DNA of 64,000 bases. Source: a virus. Taxonomy: Duplodnaviria > Caudoviricetes. Location: the IMG/VR virus record IMGVR_UViG_3300021387_000535, positions 8,929 to 72,928 of that record. One strand, given 5' to 3'. A model generated the notes under the pieces. It saw only the letters and a program-made list of their open reading frames with translations. It was not told where the DNA came from and made no database searches. Below, piece by piece: positions 49,722-58,810 of the stretch (position 1 is its first letter; each line of letters starts with the position of its first letter). The translations under genes were made by a program, and so were the position numbers.

Positions 49722-50335
49722 GGAAACTATATACCTGTTGACTTAAGAGTTTTATAAACTTTGTGATATTTATTATTATAATAACGAAACAAACATATAT
49801 AAAGAAATATGAAGAGAATAACAAGATTAACAGAAAGTGACCTTCGTAGAATCGTGAAAGAGTCTGTAAAGAAGGTATTAAAAGAAGGAGTTTTTGATAG
49901 TAAACGTATACAAGTGGAACTTGATAATTCTTTAGGTGGTGGGGCGATGGTTGCCGATTTTTATTCAAGTGACGATATGGTAACAATTATCACACGTGGT
50001 AATGGGGTTAATTTACACGAACTTGATACTGTTATGAATGAATTAGGGTATGAGAAATTTCGAATGATTCCAAAGGCTTGCGATGAACACCTTTTCATCC
50101 ATAAAGATAGTTTAGGGAAGTATTATGATGACGAAACCACAAATAGGCTAAAAATGGAACACGGTTTTGATGTTTAAGCAACCTTACACAGCCTTAATTA
50201 ACTCCAAGTAACAATCACTCCAATGGACTTGTTGAACATATCCTCAAAGCGTTCCAATCGGGACGCTTTTCTTGTGTTCCAACAATACATGCTTTTATTG
50301 ACATCTTCACTTCAGTCAACAGGTATATAATTCCC
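49722..50335. mobile_element. Non-autonomous transposon / mobile insertion cassette with IS1595 (ISNwi group)-like ends
   Basis: TIR-L GGAAACTATATACCTGTTGACTTAAG versus reverse complement of TIR-R GGGAATTATATACCTGTTGACTGAAG (23/26 identical). Exact 8-bp direct repeat TTAATTTT at 49714-49721 and 50336-50343. No transposase. Confidence 0.85.
49809..50177 (+). CDS. Passenger protein with LTESDL N-terminal leader
   Basis: MKRITRLTESDLRRIVKESVKKVLKEG...; the only credible ORF inside the cassette. Confidence 0.75.
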   Translation: MKRITRLTESDLRRIVKESVKKVLKEGVFDSKRIQVELDNSLGGGAMVADFYSSDDMVTIITRGNGVNLHELDTVMNELGYEKFRMIPKACDEHLFIHKDSLGKYYDDETTNRLKMEHGFDV

Positions 50336-50606
50336 TTAATTTTTCAATCACGGCGCACGTTAATAATGGCGCTATGGTTATTTATTCAAAAGACTATGTC
50401 TTCAATGTAACGCAGTTAGTTCGGTTTTGACATTAGCCGAATTTTGCATGCCGTTTAGACATTGGTCTATTGATGATGGCGATGATGTTGTAGGTTGCAC
50501 TTATTGTCAATATGTGTCTTATGATGACAACAAAGAGGACTACCTACTTGCATCGTGGTACGAGGTCGACGAAGATGATTGTATAATACTTTAACACTAC
50601 AATGAT

Positions 50607-51093
50607 ATGAAAAACGTAGAATTAAACAAGATGATTGAAGAAATGTGTGCTTTTGTAAAGGAGCACACAAGCGACGACATGAGTGAGCAGATCAAGCCGT
50701 TCGTGGATGAGTTTGGAGGTCATGCGGTGTTCGCCTATGCACATTGGTACGAGCGTAACTTCGAACGCAATTTGCGTAGTGACTACAAGCGCAAGACAAC
50801 CTACACGTCGGACTTCTCTATCGCCGAGTGGCGTGTTGGCGTTGAGGGTATGTCGGCCATTGCAGACACATTGCGCAATGCACTAACGAATTGGCATGAC
50901 GACATTGAGTTCTTTGCGGAGATTATTATTGTGCTAAATATGAAGGCTTGGGAACATTGCGCGTGGTAATTACAATTACGCAAGGATGTATAGCACGCTC
51001 TACCTCGACGCGAAATGCTTGTACTTTGATTGGTTTGATGAGTCTCATAAAGACCACAACAAAGCAATGGAATATTATTTACAATTATGTTGA
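50607..51093 (+). pseudogene. Hypothetical gene with apparent frameshift near 50960
   Basis: ORF stops at 50969; the +1 frame continues RGNYNYARMYSTLYLDAK... to 51093. Confidence 0.45.
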
Positions 51094-51098
51094 CTAAT

Positions 51099-51536
51099 AT
51101 GAAATACAAAAAAGAATTACAAAGATTTATCGGTATCGTTAATGAATTAGGCGAATACTATATTCATGACGCTTCGATTAAATATAATTTCGAGAAGTGG
51201 GTTATGCTTCCGTCTTGTGGTCGTAGATTTAAGATGAACGAAGAGCAATTCAAAGAGTTTACGGATAAGACGACGGCAAAGTTTCTCGGGTATTGTACTT
51301 ATGGACAAGGTATAGGTTTAGACAAGTTATAAAATATGAAGAGTGTAATTAATTATCTGGTTTGTACGGCGGTTCTCTTTGTAGCCACCGTACTTACTTG
51401 CAGTGGCGGTTGGTTGTCGCTTGTGGGTTTGTGTTGGTGTGGCTTGCTTTATGCAAGCGGTAAGCTATTTCCTAAGTTTTGGAAATCTTTCTGGGTTAGT
51501 AACATCAAAATATTGTCTTATTTTAATTGCTTATGA
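51099..51536 (+). CDS. Two small genes (51099-51332 hypothetical; 51336-51536 membrane)
   Basis: ORF track; hydrophobic helices in the second. Confidence 0.55.
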
Positions 51537-51630
51537 ATACGACGGAAATACGAAGGCGCGTAATGATTCATAACGGTCTTTAACGCGCACGCACGGGTAA
51601 TAAATAATTATTAAATATAAATAATAAACA

Positions 51631-52422
51631 ATGAAACAATATGTAACCTATCTTCGCGTCTCGACTCAGCGTCAAGGCGCACAAGGACTTGGTATCTCTG
51701 CACAGAGGAATATGTGCGAGAACTTTATCAAACAAAACAAAGGAAAGCAAGTCCAAGAATTTATGGATGTAGAAAGTGGTACGCATCGTGACAGAAAGGG
51801 TCTATGGCAAGCGATTGACTACTGCAAGAAGAATGGTTGCAGCTTAGTAATTGCGAAGTTGGACAGAATGAGCAGGGATGTGGAGTTTACTTTCAAGGTA
51901 ATTAACACAGGCATAGACATTCACTTTACGGATATGCCCGTTGTCAATTCAATGATACTAGGTGTATTTGCCGCCGTTGCTCAATACGAGCGGGAAATGG
52001 TATCAGATAGAACAAAGAAGGCTCTCGCGGTCAAGAAGGCGCAAGGTTGCAAGATGGGTGCTGCAAACGAAATATACCGTCTTAATTACAAGAACAAAAC
52101 CGAAGAAGAAAAGGCGAAAGTTCAGGCGGCAAAGGGGACATCAAAGAGGAATGGCCATCACGCTTCTAAAGACGTGCAAGGTTTCATTAAGGTTGTGCGT
52201 AAGGAGTTCAAGCAACTTAAATCGGACAACCCGAGCGAATGGAATTGGTCTATCGTTAATTGCAAAAGACCGCATCTTAACAACATGCTTGAAAGAATGC
52301 AAGAGTATCAGATGTTTGATTCATCTTTGTTTGAGAGATGGGACTTCAATGCGCCGAACGTTGAGCAGAAATTTAGGAGTTACATGCAGGCGTTCAAGAA
52401 GTCTTATTATAGTGTGTGTTAA
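51631..52422 (+). CDS. Serine recombinase (resolvase/invertase family)
   Basis: YLRVST catalytic Ser motif, DVESG, IAKLDRMSR, YEREMVSDRTK. Confidence 0.9.
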   Translation: MKQYVTYLRVSTQRQGAQGLGISAQRNMCENFIKQNKGKQVQEFMDVESGTHRDRKGLWQAIDYCKKNGCSLVIAKLDRMSRDVEFTFKVINTGIDIHFTDMPVVNSMILGVFAAVAQYEREMVSDRTKKALAVKKAQGCKMGAANEIYRLNYKNKTEEEKAKVQAAKGTSKRNGHHASKDVQGFIKVVRKEFKQLKSDNPSEWNWSIVNCKRPHLNNMLERMQEYQMFDSSLFERWDFNAPNVEQKFRSYMQAFKKSYYSVC

Positions 52423-52456
52423 ACTTAACCAAATAACAACTTAAAACAAAATCATT

Positions 52457-53548
52457 ATGGCAATAATCGTATTTATCGGATTCTTTTTCTATCTTATTGG
52501 TGGTTGCTGGAACAAATAAACTGTTAACAATCAACACGGAGGCGCGGATGTGCCGATAAGAAATCAAGTAATAAACTAAAAACAAAGAAAGATTATGAAA
52601 TACTATAATTACGAACAGTTCAAACAAATGAAAAAGAAAGCCTTCAATTGGAAGATTGACGGCATTCTAAATAAATATTTTGACGACACATTCGGTGCTG
52701 ACGTATTGTGTGACATGAATGGAAATGTTGATACGATTGAGATATGCAAGCTTTCCGATGTCTCGGTCAATTCGGAAACATGGACACATTATGCTAATAT
52801 CGTTTTGTGGGATGATGGAACGTGGGAAGTTAACTCGCAGTTCAACGGAGAACGCGAGGACGAAATGTGGGTGTACGTATACTACAAGCGTTTTGCCGAT
52901 GCTTGCAAATGTGTAGCTAACGGAAAGTTTGAAAATATGAAACCTATCAAAATATATTGACTATGAAGTATTATGATGCACAAGGTAACGAGGTTAGTAA
53001 GTCAAGGTACTACTACCTTTTAGGTAAGACAAAGAAAGGGGAATTCTATCTCACTTATGAAGTCAAAGAAGATGGCTATCGTGAGTTGTTACATTCAATT
53101 TAAATTAAAAAAATATGGGGAAAGAAATAGACGTTGCAAAAGGCGTAGGGATGTCCGAACGCCAATTTGCTATGATAACTGGTTATAGGTTCGGATTAGA
53201 TGTTTCACGTTACCAAACGTCGCTTGCTATAGCAAACGAAATACAAGACGACAAGGTGATGTGGACAGGATACAAGGCAAAGGTCGTTAAGGATACACTT
53301 AAGAAAATCATCCGATTTCTTGGTGGTTCTACCGACGTTAAGATGAGTGATTATTTCGACACTAATGCGAGTACGATTGATTGTTTTACAAAATAATAAT
53401 TAAAATGAAAGAAAAAGTATGCTGCATTTGTGGTAAGTCGTTCACTGGCTATGGTAACAACCCTTGGCCGATTATGAACGAAGGTGAGTGTTGTGACGAA
53501 TGCAATAAAAAAGTTATTGCAGAACGTTTATTATTGTTGTACAAATAA
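52457..53548 (+). CDS. Small genes: 52457-52519 (20-aa hydrophobic), 52595-52960, 52963-53103, 53115-53396, 53405-53548 (CxxC...CCxxC zinc finger)
   Basis: ORF track plus hand translation of the short ORFs. Confidence 0.5.
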
Positions 53549-53557
53549 GACTATAGT

Positions 53558-53791
53558 ATGGTTAACGTTAACGAGAACAAAGAGCAAAGCATGTCGCAGT
53601 GCAACATGATTGCCGAGTGGTTGAACAAGGGTTATTCCCTTACGAGTCTTGATGCGTTGCGGTTGTTTGGATGCATGCGGCTCGCATCCCGCATCCACGA
53701 CCTTCGTGAACGTGGTATGAACATTAACGCCTGTAAGATTAAAACCGAAACGGGCAAGTATGTAACCGAGTATGTATTATCTTCTAACTAA
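53558..53791 (+). CDS. Winged HTH protein
   Basis: LTSLDALRLFGCMRLASRIHDLRERG. Confidence 0.75.
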   Translation: MVNVNENKEQSMSQCNMIAEWLNKGYSLTSLDALRLFGCMRLASRIHDLRERGMNINACKIKTETGKYVTEYVLSSN

Positions 53792-53798
53792 AACGATT

Positions 53799-54089
53799 AT
53801 GGAAACAAGAGTATGTGAGACATGTGGTCGTGAACTCACCATCGACCACTTTGCAAGAAACAAGTATGGCATGGCTCGTTCGTGCAAGGAATGTAACGGA
53901 AGAAAAATATCCGAAGGACGCGCTTTCAAGAACAAAGTCAGTGAGCTTGAGAAGGAACTAATTGAGGCAAAGAATATTCGCCTTAAGGATTTCACACCGC
54001 GTGAGCTTATGGAAGAGCTTGCAAGGCGCGGCTATCGTGGCAAGCTAACGTATACACAAGTGCACGAAATCGATTTAAACAACATCTAA
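53799..54089 (+). CDS. Zinc-ribbon protein
   Basis: CETCGR...CKEC, then coiled coil, then FTPRELMEEL. Confidence 0.6.
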   Translation: METRVCETCGRELTIDHFARNKYGMARSCKECNGRKISEGRAFKNKVSELEKELIEAKNIRLKDFTPRELMEELARRGYRGKLTYTQVHEIDLNNI

Positions 54090-54200
54090 GGCATTCTAAC
54101 GGCGTTTCTTTGTTGTTGTGGGATAACTACCCACCCGACAAAAGAAATGCGCTTACAGGCGTGATACAACAACGAATATAATTTTAAACAAAATAACATT

Positions 54201-54832
54201 ATGGATTACAAAATTGTAGACAACTTCATGTACTATGTATTTAACGACTGGTGCAGGGAAGAGGCTGTAAGGATTTATGGCGAGAATCTTGGCATGCACA
54301 TCTTTAAGAAATGGGAGGTGTGCAGGATAGACGGTGGCGACCAATTAGAATGGTATGCTAACCTTGACTCTGAATGTAGGCGAAAGCTTGTTGAACGTGC
54401 AAACGAAGTGTATAACAAATAATAGAATTAAGCTATGAACAAAGAAAGAAGAAATACTATTGACGGAATAATCGATAGCCTCAACAAAGTTAGTGATGAC
54501 CTTTATTTCGTACAAGAAGAAGAACAAAGTGCATACGACAACCTATCGGATGGCCTAAAGGAAACCGAACGTGGGGAGAGGATACAAGAATGCGCGGACG
54601 AACTTCAAGATGCTTTTGATAATCTACGTGATGTAATCGAAAGTTTGGAGAATATTATTAACGAGTATTGATTATGGACGAATATCAGTTAGACGAGTAT
54701 TGCCGTAGGCATCCGTATTGCGATTGCAAATGTCATTCGTGTTTGGCGTTCATACAACACATAAGGCACGAAATGGGTTGGGACGAATGCGAAGAAGACT
54801 ACGAAGTTGAAGACGACGACGATGATGAATAA
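54201..54832 (+). CDS. Three small genes (54201-54422; 54435-54671 acidic helical; 54674-54832 Cys/His-rich with poly-Asp tail)
   Basis: ORF track plus hand translation. Confidence 0.55.
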
Positions 54833-54925
54833 AGTTGTTCACAATCAACACCGCCGCCGCGCGTTCGTTTGAAATTTTAACAACGGGGCGGAATGAAAGG
54901 AAAAATATAAATATGCTTAATAAAT

Positions 54926-54956
54926 TTTGCATATCAAAAATAAATGCGTATTTTTG
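54926..54956 (+). promoter_or_regulatory. Promoter for the hairpin leader/tRNA-Gln transcript
   Basis: TTTG-N19-TATTTTTG. Confidence 0.7.
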
Positions 54957-55090
54957 CATTGATTTTTCATATTAAATTCTTGTGTTTTTAGTTAGTTACC
55001 TTGATTTGTCTGTGAAAGATAATAAATCATAGGAATAGTTTTAAGTTGATTTTTGCACCGCAAGGCTTGTGAAAGTAGTAGCGGTTTTTA

Positions 55091-55162
55091 TGGGACATGG
55101 TGTAATGGTTAGCACAATAGATTTTGGTTCTATTAGTAGGGGTTCGAGTCCGTTTGTCCCAA
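55091..55162 (+). tRNA. tRNA-Gln (TTG)
   Basis: TGGGACA/TGTCCCA acceptor; D-loop TGTAATGGTTAGC; ATAGA-TTTTGGT-TCTAT anticodon arm; TTCGAGT T-loop (one T-stem mismatch); no encoded CCA. Confidence 0.88.
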
Positions 55163-55178
55163 CAATAAATAATATCAG

Positions 55179-55773
55179 ATGGCGAGACCGAAAAAGAAAA
55201 GACAACAAAAGAAACGTGGACGGATAAAGTTCAAGCAGAGCGCAAGACTCGTCCACAAGAACGACGCTACTCGTGTTGATAAGTCTGGTATTGACACGAT
55301 ACCACGGATGAAAGCACAAATGCCACGTTCTGCAGCACCTGTTTTAAAGGTAAAAATTAAACGCAAACATGATTAACAAATTTAGAAGAATACTCATACG
55401 ATTAGGTAAAATTCTTCCTTTTGTTGTTTGCGGAATAGTTTTGTTGAATTATATAGAATGTTGTTTTGCGTTGTTATTCGACAATTACGTGCTATACGAT
55501 GACTTCGTTATATTGAATACTAAAATATCTTTCCTTATAGGAAGATATGTCGAATATGATATACAAATGCTTGTTGTGTTATCTATAATAAGTATCGCAA
55601 TCGAAACGTGCATCTACAACAAACTAACGTGCTTCTACCTCGGAATAAATCTATTCGAAAAATCATACTTTGACTTCGAATTAGAACCGACGGCAATATA
55701 CGTTATATGTGTATGTAATATAGTCGTTGCATGCTACTTGATATACAAAGGAATCAAAATAATAATAAAATGA
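55179..55773 (+). CDS. Basic 65-aa protein (55179-55376) and multi-TM membrane protein (55369-55773)
   Basis: ORF track; Lys/Arg-rich and hydrophobic patterns. Confidence 0.55.
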
Positions 55774-56141
55774 ATGATTTAGCTTACACATTACATTTTG
55801 GAGACGAAGTAAAGAACGACGGACGATTTAAAAAGGGAAACAGACCGTGGAACAAAGGAAAGTCTTGGAAAGAGCAAGGATACACGGAGGAAAGGCGAAA
55901 GAAAATGATTTCCATACTAATGGAGAACCGAAAGAAGAACGATTACAAGAATTGTTATAACCCAAATCAACGCCCAGTGATTCAAATGGACGAAAACGGG
56001 GAACGGCTACATTGGTACAAATCAAGCGCAAGTGCCGCGCGTAAACTTGGAATCATAGCAAGGAACATACGCAAAGTATGTGCGGGCGAAAGGAACTTTT
56101 GCGGTGGTTTTAGGTGGCGATGGGATGAAAGATTTTTGTAA
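55770..56141 (+). CDS. NUMOD1/NUMOD3-type DNA-binding protein
   Basis: FKKGNRPWNKG; RPVIQMDENG...SASAARKLG...IRKVCAGER...GGFRW. Confidence 0.75.
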   Translation: MNDLAYTLHFGDEVKNDGRFKKGNRPWNKGKSWKEQGYTEERRKKMISILMENRKKNDYKNCYNPNQRPVIQMDENGERLHWYKSSASAARKLGIIARNIRKVCAGERNFCGGFRWRWDERFL

Positions 56142-56162
56142 ACATAAAATATATATAACAAT

Positions 56163-58121
56163 ATGAAATTAGATATTAGAGACGTAAAGTCGGTACAAGA
56201 CCCCGAGTTCCGCATATTAAACAATCGCGTCGGGCTATTTAATCAAAGTTTTCAAGACTTCAAAAGACTTGGATTGCCGAAAGCGCAACTTATACTCACA
56301 GATATTCCATATTGTTATGATGTGGAAACAGAATGTTTTACTCGCAATGGGTGGAAACATTACAATGAAATCACAATGGATGATGAAGTTTTGTCGCTTA
56401 ATCACGAAACACAAGAAATGGAATATAGCGGTATTGAAAACATAATAGTGCGTGATTGCGATGAACCAATGATAAGTTTTAGCACTCCCGATTTGAATTT
56501 ATTTGTATCATCAAAGCATCGGTGTTACACAATAGGGAAATTTATCCCAAACCTTAAATACGGTGAACGAATGCGCAATAGAAAAAGAATATATGTTGAG
56601 AATATACGTATTGCAGAAAATATAACGGAGGCTTCTTCAATCCCACGAAGCGGTTATAAGTGGAGTGGTGGAAACATTGTGGATTATGTGGAAATTCCAA
56701 GCGTTAAAATAAAACACAATGGGAAAACACAGAAGTACCACATGACGCAAGGTGTAAAGGTCGATACAATATCATGGTTGCGTTTCTTTGGACTGTGGCT
56801 TGCTGATGGTTGTACTACAAAATCGGGGTCAGGCTATATTGTTAGTATAAAGCAACATAACAATAATCGTGATAAAGTTATTGAAATCTTAAACGCTTTG
56901 CCATTTGATTATTCCGAACACCAAAGCATTGGTGAAAACACGGCTAATTATAACATATATTCAAAGCAACTTTATTCTTATCTCTCGCAATTTGGGAAAA
57001 GCAGGGATAAGTTTATTCCTCGTTGGATATTAGATTTGCCGAAAGATTATCTAACCATTTTTTGGGAAGCATATACGTTTGGTGATAGTCATCCGAATGG
57101 ACAAGGAATTAGGATAAGTTCTATGTCTAAAAACCTTATAATTGGACTTCAAGAAGTTGCACTTAAACTTGGAACAATATGTCAAATACGCACACAAGAA
57201 ACAAAAACGGGAACACTTTATTATTTTCAATATAATCCAAAATCACGCAATATAAAATACGGGAAAAGAAAAATCGTGGATGGATATAACGATTTGATGT
57301 GGTGTTTAACACTCAAAAGGAATAGTGTTTTTTTAGTGAGAAGAAACGGCCTTATATGTTTTAGTGGGAATTGCATTGGTGCTAATGCTTACGGTAGCAA
57401 CCCGACTTGGTATAAAAATGGGGATAATAAAAACGGCGAAAGCGACAAGGCTGGCGAGACATTCTTTGTGACGGACGAAAACTTCAAGCCTGCAGAGTTT
57501 ATGCACTTTGCAGCACAAATGTTAAAGCAAGAGCCAAAAGAGCGTGGAGGACGTACAAAATCATCATCACCATGTATGATTGTTTTTTGCGAGTTTATGC
57601 AGCAATTCTACCTTATCGAACTTGCAAAGCGATATGGATTCAAGCACTATATCAATCTCGTCTTCAGAAAGAATTATTCAGCGCAAGTCTTAAAAGCTAA
57701 TATGAAAGTTGTTGGGAACTGCGAATACGGCCTTATTCTCTATCGTGACAAACTTCCAAAGTTCAACAATAATAACCAGATGGTTTTTAACTGTATGGAT
57801 TGGGTGCGTGATTTAGGAATGGAACGCATACATGAAACGCAAAAACCCATACCGCTATTACAACGGCTTGTGGAGCTTTTTACCGACCCAGATGATGTTG
57901 TTATCGACCCGTGCGCGGGAAGTGGTTCCACGCTTATTGCAGCGGCTAATTTGGGGCGAAAAGCTTATGGCATGGAGATTAGTAAGCGTTTCTTTTCGGA
58001 TGCTTGCGAAGCACTACGAAAAAACATACACCCAGATTTGTTTAGCATGGCACAATCTAAGTATTATACAAGGAAAAACGCGGAGCAAGTTATAGTACAT
58101 AAAGAATTGTTTGATGTGTGA
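56163..58121 (+). CDS. DNA amino-methyltransferase (beta class) interrupted by an intein
   Basis: TDIPY, HETQKP, IDPCAGSGST; about 299 aa after splicing. Confidence 0.9.
   Translation: MKLDIRDVKSVQDPEFRILNNRVGLFNQSFQDFKRLGLPKAQLILTDIPYCYDVETECFTRNGWKHYNEITMDDEVLSLNHETQEMEYSGIENIIVRDCDEPMISFSTPDLNLFVSSKHRCYTIGKFIPNLKYGERMRNRKRIYVENIRIAENITEASSIPRSGYKWSGGNIVDYVEIPSVKIKHNGKTQKYHMTQGVKVDTISWLRFFGLWLADGCTTKSGSGYIVSIKQHNNNRDKVIEILNALPFDYSEHQSIGENTANYNIYSKQLYSYLSQFGKSRDKFIPRWILDLPKDYLTIFWEAYTFGDSHPNGQGIRISSMSKNLIIGLQEVALKLGTICQIRTQETKTGTLYYFQYNPKSRNIKYGKRKIVDGYNDLMWCLTLKRNSVFLVRRNGLICFSGNCIGANAYGSNPTWYKNGDNKNGESDKAGETFFVTDENFKPAEFMHFAAQMLKQEPKERGGRTKSSSPCMIVFCEFMQQFYLIELAKRYGFKHYINLVFRKNYSAQVLKANMKVVGNCEYGLILYRDKLPKFNNNNQMVFNCMDWVRDLGMERIHETQKPIPLLQRLVELFTDPDDVVIDPCAGSGSTLIAAANLGRKAYGMEISKRFFSDACEALRKNIHPDLFSMAQSKYYTRKNAEQVIVHKELFDV
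56313..57371 (+). mobile_element. Intein with LAGLIDADG homing endonuclease (353 aa)
   Basis: N-terminal CYDVETECFTRNGW; block B SSKHR; FFGLWLADG and AYTFGDS motifs; C-terminal LVRRNGLICFSGN followed by +1 Cys. Confidence 0.92.
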
Positions 58122-58211
58122 TATATATAGATATTGTACTTATAAATAACCGCGAAATGTTAAAGTTGTGTTAAAATCGCATTAAATCCATTGCGGAATG
58201 AAAAATAGTTC

Positions 58212-58219
58212 GTATCTTT
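58212..58219 (+). promoter_or_regulatory. -7 promoter element of a long structured non-coding leader
   Basis: TATCTTTG with ATTG 18 nt upstream. Confidence 0.65.
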
Positions 58220-58225
58220 GTGGCG

Positions 58226-58810
58226 TTGAAACAAGATAGGCGGACTTGTAGTAAACGAAATCTTACGGATAAAGTTAGGTTTAAAAGCTGAACACTATAT
58301 CAAGAATTTCCAACAAGTGCCGCCTCACGAGTTGGATTTTTCTTTTATAGATGTTCGGCTTTTTGTTTCACTCCAAGCCAAAAGCAAGAAACCAGTCTTA
58401 GGCTGACGGTATTGTAAGGCGAGGGCTTTGACTACAGAGTTAATTGTAGTGTTCGCTGGGAGTTTCCAAACTACGTGTAGTTACAGGAGGGCTTGACGGT
58501 AGAAATTGAACGCTCGACCTCTATAATGCGAACTAAAACAAACAAACCCTTCGAGGCAGTTCCGTAAAGTCGGAACGGGGAAAGCGCGAAAAAGGGAGGA
58601 TAGGTGGAATAAGAAGTCCTGCGCAGGGGTGGCAACGTACCCGAAGATTCTGAAAGCAAGTTGCATTTGCCACAATGCTAACGAGCCGAGTTAGGAAACC
58701 TCTGAAAAATCTGGCATAACTCGAAATAACTCCCCAATCCCATCAAGTAATTAAGTTTACTTGTGGGTAAGGGGAAATTATGGAATCACGATATTGTTTC
58801 CTTTCCCCCA
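58226..58810 (+). ncRNA. Candidate long structured RNA or leader
   Basis: About 600 nt without a credible ORF; more than 10 stems identified by eye. Confidence 0.5.

Larger units (their letters stand above)
49704..50594 (+). pseudogene. Hypothetical gene interrupted by the mobile cassette
   Basis: Removing 49722-50335 and one TTAATTTT copy restores MAKFNFSITAHVN... in frame. One further 1-nt shift joins an acidic C-terminus ending ...EVDEDDCIIL at 50594. Confidence 0.6.

Noticed and set aside
49809-50177. The whole phage being a jumbo phage because of the LTESDL motif
   Set aside because: The motif occurs once, inside a mobile cassette, and the virion module is siphovirus-like.
49722-50335. 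Invertible (phase-variable) segment driven by the nearby serine recombinase
   Set aside because: The exact 8-bp flanking direct repeat and the restored empty-site reading frame fit a transposon insertion better. Inversion creates no sensible ORF.
48417-54849. GTTG...CAAC motif as a CRISPR repeat or anti-CRISPR repeat mimic
   Set aside because: Only 16-19 nt long, dispersed over kilobases, with no regular spacers and no cas genes.
58380-58780. Group I or group II intron
   Set aside because: No flanking split exons and no convincing P7 or domain V consensus; GAGCCG alone is insufficient.
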